Below the pieces are notes generated by a model. That model had not been told where the DNA came from. It was given only the letters and a program-made list of their open reading frames with translations, and ran no database searches. From Patescibacteria group bacterium (lineage in GTDB: Bacteria; Patescibacteriota; Microgenomatia; UBA1400; PJMF01), in assembly GCA_023382875.1 (NCBI GenBank), contig JAHDXH010000001.1, forward strand, positions 18,571 to 82,570: 64,000 bases of DNA, in the 5' to 3' direction. The translations under genes were made by a program, and so were the position numbers. Positions 47,822 to 56,718 of the stretch are shown one piece after another; position 1 is the stretch's first letter; every line of letters starts with the position of its first letter.

Positions 47822-50359
47822 ATGAGACCACTGTTTTTACAGCGCATCATAGATCGGCTGGTTACAGCAATACCGGTTACTATTTTAATTTTAGGTCTCT
47901 CTCTCACATTAATTTCCGCTTATTACATTGATAGATCTAGTCAAGAAAAAGAGTTAAAAGATTTCACTAATTCCACAAAAATGGTGGAAAAGAGAATTAA
48001 GGATGCAGCTTCGTTTTATAGTACTTTGCTTTTTTCAACTAGATCGTATCTTTATAGTGATGAGTATGTAACTCAAGAATCATTTGGAAAATTTGCCAAA
48101 AATCTTCATTCTGGAAAAGCTTACTTAGGTATTGATGGTGTTGGTTTTGTTTCGACAGTTCCCTATTCTCAAAAAAGCAATTTTATTAATGAACTTAGGA
48201 CCAATGGTGCTGTAGTTGATTTGGATAACGACATCAATGAAGAAGAGCCGAGTCAAATTGTCGCCTATCTAGAACCTCAGGACTTAAGAAATCAAGCCAT
48301 GATTGGTTTGGATTTTTCTCACCAAGAAACCTTTAGACAAGCTATGAATAAATCTAAAGCAGACGGGGTAGTTGCTAGTAGTGGCCGAGTGTTAATGCAA
48401 CAACCGATGGGAGATCAGTCTGATGCCGGCTTTGTTTCTTTCCTGCCAGTCTATAGTTCATCTAGTTTGCCAAATGTACAGGAAGATAGATTAAAAGAAA
48501 CAAAAGGTTTTGTTTTCATTATTTTCAACGTTAGGGATTTTTTTGGTCAAATATTTTCTGAAAATAGTACTGCGCCAGTTAATTTTAGTATTTTTGAGTC
48601 AACTGGTGAAAATGAACAACGACTTTTGTATACATCAGAAGCTGATGATCAATATAAACCTAGGTTAAAACTTTCAGAAAAAATTGATATTTTAGGCAAG
48701 TCGTGGACAATTAATTACACCAACAAAGCATCGAGTGATATTACTTCGGTTCGTCACTCTGTGCCAATGTTGGTAATCATTGGTTTATTGTTAACAGCAA
48801 TTATCTATGTCATTACTGAATCGCAAATTAAAGCTCGCTTCACTGCAGAAAAAACTCAGCGAGAACTTTTTGAAGCAAAATCATCAGTTCAAGCTAGCGA
48901 AGAAAAATTAAGACTTTTGATTCAAGAATCAAAAGAATATGCCATTGTGATGCTAAGCAAAACCGGCCGAATTATTAGTTGGAATTCTGGAGCTGAGCAG
49001 CTATTTGGATTCACAGAGGTTGAAGTATTGAACAAAGACTATGCCGCACTTTTTTCTGATAAAGAAAGAAAAAAAAGAATACCAAAAAAAGAATTATCAG
49101 CAGCTTTACAAAAAAATATACATAAATTTGAAAGACACTTTGCTACCAAAAATGGAACTGTTTTTTGGTTAAGCGGGGTTCTTAATACTGTTTATGATAA
49201 TGACCATTTGTTAAAAGGTTACGCACTAATTGCTAGAGATGTCTCAGATAGAAAAAAGTGGGAGGAAGCAGTGGTTAAAAACCAACAACAAACACAGGCC
49301 ATTTTAGACTCATTGAGGTCTGGAGTGGTAGTGATTAACCGCTTGGGACAAGTGATCGCCTTCAATCAAGTTTGGGAAAAAATGAGAGAACATAACTTGG
49401 CAAATGTGAAAAAGAAATTAGCCTTGGGTGAAAATTTGCTGGAAGCATTGCAAAAATCAGAAAGTGTTAATAACGAAGATTCACAGTTAGCCTTGAAAGG
49501 TATTCAGAAAGTTATTAATAAAACAGCCAAGCACTTTTGGCATGAGTATCAAATTTTTGATGCTAACAATGATGAGAGATGGTACCACTTGCAAGTTACG
49601 CCTTTAAAACAAGAAGAAGACCGGGTGGTGATTGCCTATACCAACATTACCGAAAGAAAAAAGCTAGAAAAACAAAAAGATGACTTTTTAAGAATTGCCA
49701 GCCACGAGCTCAAGACCCCAATTACTTCTACTAAGGCCTACGCTCAAGTTTTGATTAAAATGCTGAATGATAAGAAAAGCGAGAATAACACAGTTAGGTT
49801 ATTAACCAAAATGGATCAGCAGCTGAATAAAGTGACAAAGTTAATTAATGATTTGCTTGATGTTTCTAAAATTGAAGCCGGTCTGTTAAAGCTTAACAAC
49901 CAATATTTTGAATTTGATATTCTCGTTAATGAAATTGTTGAGGCTGTTCAGCTGACGAATGGTGACCACCAGATTGTGGTTAAAGGTAAAACCAAAAAAA
50001 GACTTTATTCTGATCCAGAAAGGTTGGGTCAAGTTTTAACCAACTTGTTGATTAATGCAATTAAGTTTTCTACCAAAAAAAGACGAATTTATTTGATCTG
50101 TGAAGTTAAGAGTGGAGATATTTTAGTTGAAGTCAAAGATTCTGGAGTTGGTATTAGTGAAGACGATCAGAAAAACCTATTCCAAAGATTTTTCAGAGTC
50201 CAAGCTCCTGAATTTCAAGGTCAATCGGGCTTAGGTTTGGGACTTTATATTTCTGCGGAAATTATTAAGCGGCTTGGAGGTGAAATTGGTGTAAAAAGTG
50301 AATTAGGTAAGGGTTCTACTTTCTACTTTTCATTGCCAATCGAAAATGAAAAAAAATAA
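47822..50359 (+). CDS. CHASE-PAS-PAS sensor histidine kinase
   Basis: TM-CHASE (EPQDLRN..MIGLD)-TM, PAS (SWNSGAE), SHELKTP, NLLINAIKFS, GLGLGL. Confidence 0.9.
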   Translation: MRPLFLQRIIDRLVTAIPVTILILGLSLTLISAYYIDRSSQEKELKDFTNSTKMVEKRIKDAASFYSTLLFSTRSYLYSDEYVTQESFGKFAKNLHSGKAYLGIDGVGFVSTVPYSQKSNFINELRTNGAVVDLDNDINEEEPSQIVAYLEPQDLRNQAMIGLDFSHQETFRQAMNKSKADGVVASSGRVLMQQPMGDQSDAGFVSFLPVYSSSSLPNVQEDRLKETKGFVFIIFNVRDFFGQIFSENSTAPVNFSIFESTGENEQRLLYTSEADDQYKPRLKLSEKIDILGKSWTINYTNKASSDITSVRHSVPMLVIIGLLLTAIIYVITESQIKARFTAEKTQRELFEAKSSVQASEEKLRLLIQESKEYAIVMLSKTGRIISWNSGAEQLFGFTEVEVLNKDYAALFSDKERKKRIPKKELSAALQKNIHKFERHFATKNGTVFWLSGVLNTVYDNDHLLKGYALIARDVSDRKKWEEAVVKNQQQTQAILDSLRSGVVVINRLGQVIAFNQVWEKMREHNLANVKKKLALGENLLEALQKSESVNNEDSQLALKGIQKVINKTAKHFWHEYQIFDANNDERWYHLQVTPLKQEEDRVVIAYTNITERKKLEKQKDDFLRIASHELKTPITSTKAYAQVLIKMLNDKKSENNTVRLLTKMDQQLNKVTKLINDLLDVSKIEAGLLKLNNQYFEFDILVNEIVEAVQLTNGDHQIVVKGKTKKRLYSDPERLGQVLTNLLINAIKFSTKKRRIYLICEVKSGDILVEVKDSGVGISEDDQKNLFQRFFRVQAPEFQGQSGLGLGLYISAEIIKRLGGEIGVKSELGKGSTFYFSLPIENEKK

Positions 50360-50720
50360 TCAGTATAAAATTCTAGTAATTGATGATGATAGCGCCATTG
50401 TTGACGCTACCAAAATGATTTTGGAATTGGAAGGGTATTTAGTTCAGGGGCAAACTGATGGTCATTCGGTCAAAAAAATTATTCAATATAAACCAGATTT
50501 AATCTTTTTAGATTTGTGGTTGTCCAATATAGATGGTCGAGAATTTTGTCAGAAGTTAAAAGCTAACCCTAAGACAAAAAATATTCCTGTTTTATTTTTC
50601 AGTGCTAGTAGAAGTATTGAATTGAATGCCCAACAAGCTCAAGCAGATGCCTATCTTTCCAAACCTTTCGAGATGGATTTATTGTTGGAAAAAGTTAGAG
50701 AGTTATTGAAAATAGACTAA
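50346..50720 (+). CDS. Single-domain response regulator
   Basis: VIDDD, FLDLWL, SA, KPF. Confidence 0.9.
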   Translation: MKKNNQYKILVIDDDSAIVDATKMILELEGYLVQGQTDGHSVKKIIQYKPDLIFLDLWLSNIDGREFCQKLKANPKTKNIPVLFFSASRSIELNAQQAQADAYLSKPFEMDLLLEKVRELLKID

Positions 50721-51151
50721 AGTTCTAGTTCTTCGATTTTAGTAGAACCAATCTTTTTCATAGGATCAACTAATTCTTCACTGGTGATTTTAGTAACGTC
50801 TGTTTTAGTTTCGTAAGCAATCATTAACCCCTGAATAATTTCTACCACTTCCCTAGCCTCTCGCGAAGGTAAATAGGGTATGACAATTTTAGGTGAATAC
50901 GGAATATTGTTGACAATTTCTATGGAACTAAGGAAGTAGGCATTTTCTAATTTGACACTAGAAATATTATTGATCAGCATCGATTCTGCATGGTGTCCTA
51001 AAAAGAAGTACCTAATAAAAATAATTTTAGTTTTTTCAACACTTAGGACAGAAGGAAATATTTGAAAAGGAAAAACTGTTTTGACGGAGCAAATAATGTT
51101 GTCACTGTCTGCTGCTAGTGATTCAAGTTTATCATTTTCCATACGAAACAA
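50717..51151 (-). CDS. Hypothetical protein (PH-like fold possible)
   Basis: Beta-rich core followed by a C-terminal helix. Confidence 0.55.
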   Translation of the reverse strand: MFRMENDKLESLAADSDNIICSVKTVFPFQIFPSVLSVEKTKIIFIRYFFLGHHAESMLINNISSVKLENAYFLSSIEIVNNIPYSPKIVIPYLPSREAREVVEIIQGLMIAYETKTDVTKITSEELVDPMKKIGSTKIEELEL

Positions 51152-51215
51152 TTATTCATTTTTAGTGTGTGAAATTAGAGTTGTTTTTTGTGTGAATTTG
51201 GTAATAAAAACAGCT

Positions 51216-51231
51216 CTTACAAAATTCTAAC
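51216..51231 (+). promoter_or_regulatory. Putative OmpR-type box, copy 3
   Basis: CTTACA-N5-CTAAC, 35 bp before a TATATT -10. Confidence 0.45.
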
Positions 51232-51314
51232 TTTTAACTTGTTAAGTTTTTATATTGGTTTTATATATTGATATTAGTTTGAGTCAAAAGTATTAAATAA
51301 AATAGAAAGGGATT

Positions 51315-51818
51315 ATGAAAGCAGTTTTACTTGGACTATTTGCAGACAGCAAAAATGCAGGCTTAGCGGTAGCAGAACTAAAAGAAAAAGGTTATACCAA
51401 GGAAATTTCAGTCTTAGCTCGCAACAGCAAAACAGACACCGATGTCTATGAAGTTAAACAAGATGTCACTGAGGGTGCTGCAGTAGGTGCCACGGTTGGT
51501 GTTGCCACTGGTTTACTTGCAGGACTTTTTAGTGGCATTTCTATGATTGCTGTTCCTGGTCTTGGTTTGCTCGTTGGTGGTCCACTGGCGGCACTTTTAG
51601 GGCTTGCTGGTGGTGTAGTTGGATCAGTGGGCGGCGGTTTACTGGGAGCTTTGATTGATTTTGGAGTCAACGAAGCAACAGCGGAAGTTTATGACAAGGC
51701 TATTCAGCGAAATGAAGTTTTGATCGGAGTTACTACCGAAGAAAGTACAGTGGCTTCAGTCACTGACATTATGAATAAGCATTCTGCAAATAATATTTCT
51801 ATAGTACATAAAGGCTAA
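51315..51818 (+). CDS. General stress protein (YflT-like, glycine zipper)
   Basis: GA..GA..G..AG glycine zipper, VPGLG.L..GP. Confidence 0.8.
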   Translation: MKAVLLGLFADSKNAGLAVAELKEKGYTKEISVLARNSKTDTDVYEVKQDVTEGAAVGATVGVATGLLAGLFSGISMIAVPGLGLLVGGPLAALLGLAGGVVGSVGGGLLGALIDFGVNEATAEVYDKAIQRNEVLIGVTTEESTVASVTDIMNKHSANNISIVHKG

Positions 51819-51839
51819 ATATTGTAGAATCAATCTAAT

Positions 51840-52157
51840 ATGCAATTAAATATTCTCTCCTCTGTTATTAATATATTTTTAATGATCGTTGAAGTGTTGC
51901 TCTCTTTGAGATTTTTACTGAAGTTTTTTGGTGCTAATGTTTCTGCTCCTTTTACTCAGTGGATTTATAACAACACTGAGCCACTCTTGGCACCATTTGC
52001 TAACATCTTCCCTGCTCCAAGAATTGATGGAACTTTTACAATCGAATTTACTTCGCTATTTGCCATCATTATTTATATGATCATTGGCCATATGTTGATT
52101 GAAGCGCTCGAATTTATTTCGTACAACGCAACTCGCAGTTCCTCAAAGAGGAACTAG
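51840..52157 (+). CDS. YggT-family membrane protein
   Basis: LRF.LK.FGAN, TEPLLAPF.NIF. Confidence 0.8.
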   Translation: MQLNILSSVINIFLMIVEVLLSLRFLLKFFGANVSAPFTQWIYNNTEPLLAPFANIFPAPRIDGTFTIEFTSLFAIIIYMIIGHMLIEALEFISYNATRSSSKRN

Positions 52158-52180
52158 TTTAATAAAAATATAAAGGAATT

Positions 52181-52525
52181 ATGAAACAACTTTTCCATCT
52201 CATTTTAAGTATGCTGGCTTTGTTGATCACTTCATATTTAGTGCCAGGTTTTGAAGTAGAAAGTTTTTGGGCAACGCTAGCAACGGTAGTCGTGCTTAGT
52301 ATTGTTAATATTTTGGTCAAGCCGATTATGATGTTAATTACTTTGCCGCTTAATATTTTGACTTTAGGTCTATTCACCTTTGTTATCAATGGTTTGATGT
52401 TAAAAATTGCTTCATCAGTTGTACCTGGCTTTGTTGTGATAGGTTGGATGCCAGCGATTATTGGTGGTATCGTATTGGGCTTGGTGTCCGCGGTACTTTT
52501 TGGAATGGCTGGCGAAGATCGCTAA
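52181..52525 (+). CDS. YvlD/DUF360 (phage holin 4 family) membrane protein
   Basis: VKPI..LITLPLNILTLGLFTFVING. Confidence 0.88.
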   Translation: MKQLFHLILSMLALLITSYLVPGFEVESFWATLATVVVLSIVNILVKPIMMLITLPLNILTLGLFTFVINGLMLKIASSVVPGFVVIGWMPAIIGGIVLGLVSAVLFGMAGEDR

Positions 52526-52546
52526 AAATAAGTTCAAAGAAATAAG

Positions 52547-52975
52547 TTAAAGGAAGCGCGCGAGCGCTTCTTTTAGTTCTGCTAATTCTGATTGAGTTGG
52601 TTGATATGATCTTTCTTCTTTAGCTACTGCCCAAATGGCGGTATGTGCCAATTTATCTGTTTTATTTCTGGGAATAAGGTGCCAATGGGCGTGTGCATCA
52701 GTATTACCAAGCATTTCGTAATTTAATTTGTCAGGTGTGAATGCCTGATAGACAGCGTGAGCCACTTGAGCCATTTCCTCAAGGTATTTTTCCCTAAAAC
52801 CACTCTCCAATTCATGAAGCTCGTGGACGTGCATTTTGCACAAAAATAAAGTATAGCCACGATAGCTTTGATGATCAGCTAAAACTACATAGCCAGTTTC
52901 TAACTCTTTGACGAAATAAGGATTTTGTTCTTTTTTGATTAACTCAATTCGTTCACAAACAAGACAATTATTCAT
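52547..52975 (-). CDS. HIT-family hydrolase
   Basis: CxxC, KLNYEMLGN, HAHWH. Confidence 0.85.
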   Translation of the reverse strand: MNNCLVCERIELIKKEQNPYFVKELETGYVVLADHQSYRGYTLFLCKMHVHELHELESGFREKYLEEMAQVAHAVYQAFTPDKLNYEMLGNTDAHAHWHLIPRNKTDKLAHTAIWAVAKEERSYQPTQSELAELKEALARFL

Positions 52976-53028
52976 TTGATGTAATTTTAGACTACGATAA
53001 ACTCGTATCAACTAGTAGAATGAGCACA

Positions 53029-53517
53029 ATGAAAAGTAATAAAAACATGGATTATATTTGTCCTATCTGTCTGGGTAATAGTGGTGTCGAAAGCACCGAT
53101 ACTTTACTGAAGCAAAATGATCTAGTTTTTCGAGATGACTTAGTGAGTGTTTGGATTAATTCTTTTTGGGTTGGAAAAAACAAGGGTCATTTGATAGTTG
53201 TTCCCAATCAACACTTTGTTACACTTTGGGATTTGCCCACGGAAGTTGGTCATAGAATTTTTGAAGTTTCGAAATTGATGGCGGTGGCTTTAAAAGAAGT
53301 TTATAAGTGTGATGGGGTTACTCTTCGTCAAAACAACGAGTCAGCTGGTGATCAACACGCTTTCCATTATCATCAACATATTTTTCCTCGTTATATTAAT
53401 GACGATTTCAATCAAAAATTGGTTGAAAAAAGTACTCTTTCTGATCCACAAGAAAGAATTGTTTACGTAAAAAAGCTGCGTAGGTATTTAGAAGAAAGCG
53501 TTGATATTAAGATCTGA
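53029..53517 (+). CDS. HIT-family hydrolase
   Basis: CPIC, GHLIVVP, QNN..AGDQ, HYHQH.FPR. Confidence 0.85.
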   Translation: MKSNKNMDYICPICLGNSGVESTDTLLKQNDLVFRDDLVSVWINSFWVGKNKGHLIVVPNQHFVTLWDLPTEVGHRIFEVSKLMAVALKEVYKCDGVTLRQNNESAGDQHAFHYHQHIFPRYINDDFNQKLVEKSTLSDPQERIVYVKKLRRYLEESVDIKI

Positions 53518-53533
53518 TTGATATGGTTTGTGC

Positions 53534-53562
53534 TTGACATCTTACATGCTCAAAAATATAAT
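53534..53562 (+). promoter_or_regulatory. sigma70 promoter of T-box leader 1
   Basis: TTGACA-N17-TATAAT. Confidence 0.8.
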
Positions 53563-53567
53563 CCCAT

Positions 53568-53816
53568 GACTGAGAGTCAATGAAATTCGGTTGAGTGGAA
53601 GTCGCGCTCCACGAGTCTTCTTTGTAAATATAGAGAAGAACGAAGCTTGGCAAAATCCAAGCCGGAAAACCCGTCATAGTTAAGTTGTTTGCACTAGAAA
53701 TGCAAACAAAATTAAGGCACTTAAGATGTTAATTGAGTGCGAAGAAGGATGGTACCGCGTTGTAAAAACGCTCCTTCAACTATTGATAATAAACAATGGT
53801 TGGAAGAGCGTTTTTT
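53568..53816 (+). promoter_or_regulatory. T-box riboswitch 1 (transcriptional; ultrashort stem I; candidate Arg specifier CGC)
   Basis: T-box AAGGATGGTACCGCG at 53745-53759 pairing with CGCTCCTT; stem III 53717-53740; CCCGTCATAG stem IIA/B-like element; hairpin GTGGA-AGTCGCGC-TCCAC; terminator follows. Confidence 0.85.
53764..53816 (+). terminator. T-box attenuator terminator
   Basis: AAAAACGCTCCTTCAACTATTG...CAATGGTTGGAAGAGCGTTTTTT overlapping the 3' strand of the antiterminator. Confidence 0.8.
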
Positions 53817-53860
53817 AGTATCAAGAATTAATTTAAAAATTTGTAAAGATTATTCGTATT

Positions 53861-55051
53861 ATGTTAAGCACCAGAAAAGATGACGAGCATTTAGTAGACA
53901 CAGAACAATTGTGGTCTGAGCGATTTGATTTTAGCGACACAGCTCAATTTCCTTTGATTGCTCTGGAAATATTGGCGGCAATTCCAACTGACGGAACTGA
54001 AGAAGAGAGATTGGTTGGCCAGTTCGCAGATACACTGAGAGCTATGGTTGCTGATCCAGAAAAACAAACATTGTTATTTGCCAAGCTGTTAGAAATAAAT
54101 CCAAATTACCAGCCAAAATTGTATAGTCAAGATGCCAAGGCTAATGTTTTAGCTAATGTTGTGGCCGCTATTTATGCTCCATTAATCCATGCTTTTACAG
54201 GTAGTGTTTTGAAAAATATTCAGGCAGGAATTTTATCTCCAGTGGTGATTGCGCCACCACGTGATGGAATCCCTTTTGCCAATTCAATTAAGGCACAAGC
54301 TGATTTAAAAGGTGTCGCAATCAAAGTCATTGATTTACAAGTTACCAGAAAAGTAGCTGGTATCAGTAATCAACAAGGCCAAAATGGTCATGTGTCCAAC
54401 CCCGATCCATTGTTAGAGGAATATATTGCACAAGAATTAGGTCCATATTTTGAACAAGGTTTTACCGAAATTGAACCAGGAATTTATTCAACTACTAGTA
54501 TGGTGACAGCAGGTTTGGCATCTAAAATGGGTAATGAAAAATATACAGCGCTTAAACTTTATGGACTCGGACCAAACCTTAGCTTTGTTCACGCAATTTT
54601 AAGTGGTGGACAAGAATGGGTCGCAGAAAGAGCCGAGTCTCAAGGCTTAGTCGATCCAGGAAAAATTGCCAACTTGATGACACTTTTGGATTCTACTGAG
54701 GAATTCGGAATGCAACATATGCATGCCTCAGTTTCTAGTTTAAAAAGAAATGAGCAGGGTTTGGTTAAGCCAGATATTAGAGAATCAGAACCAGAAAACT
54801 TAGCAATCGCTATCGCTTCAAATTTAGCTATTACAGATACTGCGGAAATGTATTCAAATAATGAGTTGGCGTTACAAACTGCAACAAGTATTATTGATCA
54901 ATTTGACGAAATTGTGGCTTTGGCAAATCAAGGATTTCCTCTTTGTTTGACTAGCTTGATCCCACCGGGGAAAATTGATAATAAAATTACATTATTTGAA
55001 AAAATAAGAAGTAGCAAGTTACTCAACTTGCCATCAGGTTTAAACTTATAA
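53861..55051 (+). CDS. Hypothetical protein, possible PRTase-like fold
   Basis: APPRDG, EIEPGIYSTT and E..H.SV motifs resemble the RDG / DxGxxGT domain; first gene after the T-box. Confidence 0.55.
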   Translation: MLSTRKDDEHLVDTEQLWSERFDFSDTAQFPLIALEILAAIPTDGTEEERLVGQFADTLRAMVADPEKQTLLFAKLLEINPNYQPKLYSQDAKANVLANVVAAIYAPLIHAFTGSVLKNIQAGILSPVVIAPPRDGIPFANSIKAQADLKGVAIKVIDLQVTRKVAGISNQQGQNGHVSNPDPLLEEYIAQELGPYFEQGFTEIEPGIYSTTSMVTAGLASKMGNEKYTALKLYGLGPNLSFVHAILSGGQEWVAERAESQGLVDPGKIANLMTLLDSTEEFGMQHMHASVSSLKRNEQGLVKPDIRESEPENLAIAIASNLAITDTAEMYSNNELALQTATSIIDQFDEIVALANQGFPLCLTSLIPPGKIDNKITLFEKIRSSKLLNLPSGLNL

Positions 55052-55067
55052 TTAATTATCTGCCCAT

Positions 55068-55865
55068 ATGAAAAATAATTTTTTATCACTGTTCAAAAGC
55101 CAGAAGCCAATTATTGGTATGGTTCATCTTTTGGCCATGCCAAACTCAAACGGCTATGTTGGATTTGAGGCAACACTCCAGCATGCTCTTAATGAGTTGG
55201 ACAGTTTGGAAAAAGGTGGAATTGACGGCGTTCTGATTGAGAATGACAATGATTCGCCGTATACCTTATTAGCTGATCCAGCTACCGTTGCGGTAATGAC
55301 CGCAATAACTGCCAAAATTGTTGAAAAATCTAGTGTACCTGTTGGTGTAGAAGTATTATTGAATGATCCAAAGGCATCTTTGTCGATTGCAGTTGCTGGA
55401 GGTGCTCAATTTATTAGAACTGATTACTTTGTGGACAGAATGTCTAGGCCAGAATACGGTGGTGAAATATCTATAAACCCACAAGAGATTTTAGATTTTC
55501 GTTCAAAATTAAAGGCAGAAGATATTTTTATTTTAGCTGACGTTCAAGTTAAGCATGCACAATTGCTAGAAGTTGGAAAAACAATTTCTAGTTCAGTCAA
55601 GCAAGCTGAGCAGGCTGGCGCAGATGGGGTTATAGTTTCTGGCAATTTCACTGGAGAACAGCCTGTCGTTGATGATTTAAAAGAGGCTATGGAGGCGGTC
55701 GAGAATATTCCGGTTTTAATTGGCAGTGGTTTTTCATTGCAAAACTCAACTCAGCTTTTGCCTCATACAAATGGCGTAATAGTTGGATCTTCAATTAAAG
55801 AAAATGGAAAAGTTAGTTTGCAAAAAACTAGTGAATTGATGAGTGAAGTGAGAAGCTTTTTATAA
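55068..55865 (+). CDS. BtpA/SgcQ-family TIM-barrel protein
   Basis: KPIIGMVHL, GIDGVLIEN.ND.PY, GVEVL.ND, ADVQVKHA, ADGVIVSG..TG, GSG, IVGS. Confidence 0.92.
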   Translation: MKNNFLSLFKSQKPIIGMVHLLAMPNSNGYVGFEATLQHALNELDSLEKGGIDGVLIENDNDSPYTLLADPATVAVMTAITAKIVEKSSVPVGVEVLLNDPKASLSIAVAGGAQFIRTDYFVDRMSRPEYGGEISINPQEILDFRSKLKAEDIFILADVQVKHAQLLEVGKTISSSVKQAEQAGADGVIVSGNFTGEQPVVDDLKEAMEAVENIPVLIGSGFSLQNSTQLLPHTNGVIVGSSIKENGKVSLQKTSELMSEVRSFL

Positions 55866-56705
55866 ATGTTGCAGTTTTTGAATAGCCGATCCGATTCGCC
55901 AAAATTTATTTATGTTGGTGATTGTGGGGTTGATTTAATCGATAAAAAAATACGACCCGGTGGTTGTGCCCTAAATGTTAGTTACCACTTACATTCATTA
56001 AAACAAAATATTGATGTTTTAACTTGGATTGGCAATGATGATCGCTCTGGAATAGTGGTGAAAAAATTGAGCGAGATTGGTGCAAGCAAAAACAGAGTTC
56101 ACCAAACCTCAGGAAAAACTCCTGCACAATTTGTTAGTATTCAGCCCAGTGGTGAAAAAAAGTTTGAGAGCTATGAAGCTGGAGTTTTGTCGAGCGCAAA
56201 ACTAACTACAGCTGATAAAGATTTTATAAATCAGCACCATATTTTAATTACTCTTTGTTATTCGCAAATTGCAGATTTATTTGATCAAGTGACTCATGTC
56301 AAATTTGATGGACTTAAGGTTGTGGATTTTATGAGTTTGGCAGATTTTAATTTTGATCTTAACTTTGTCAAAAAATATTTAAATTGGTTTGATATTGTTT
56401 TATTTGGTTTAGATGAAAATCAGACTGAGCTCATTGATCAAATAAAAACCATGGCTCTACAGCATAAAAAATTATGTATTGTGACTTTGGGCAGTGCTGG
56501 TAGTAAGGTGTTTTGGGGTGAGAGTGAATATTTCCAGCCAACAAGGGCAACCAAAGTTGTTGACACAACTGGCTGTGGTGACGCATACCTAGCAGGCTTC
56601 CTGAGCGAATTCGTTCAAAGTCAGAATGTTGAACAAGCAATGAGCTCTGGTTCAAACTTGGCTGCTCAGGCAAGCACCTATTTAGGCGCTATACCTGAGC
56701 AATAA
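55866..56705 (+). CDS. PfkB-family kinase (fructoselysine-6-kinase-like)
   Basis: GDCGVD, PGGCALNV, IGND, TLGSAGS, VVDTTGCGDAY. Confidence 0.85.
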   Translation: MLQFLNSRSDSPKFIYVGDCGVDLIDKKIRPGGCALNVSYHLHSLKQNIDVLTWIGNDDRSGIVVKKLSEIGASKNRVHQTSGKTPAQFVSIQPSGEKKFESYEAGVLSSAKLTTADKDFINQHHILITLCYSQIADLFDQVTHVKFDGLKVVDFMSLADFNFDLNFVKKYLNWFDIVLFGLDENQTELIDQIKTMALQHKKLCIVTLGSAGSKVFWGESEYFQPTRATKVVDTTGCGDAYLAGFLSEFVQSQNVEQAMSSGSNLAAQASTYLGAIPEQ

Positions 56706-56718
56706 ATTAGTCGTAAAT

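Noticed and set aside
52181-52525. Prophage suggested by a 'phage holin' family gene
   Set aside because: YvlD/DUF360 is a common chromosomal membrane protein; no phage genes are nearby.
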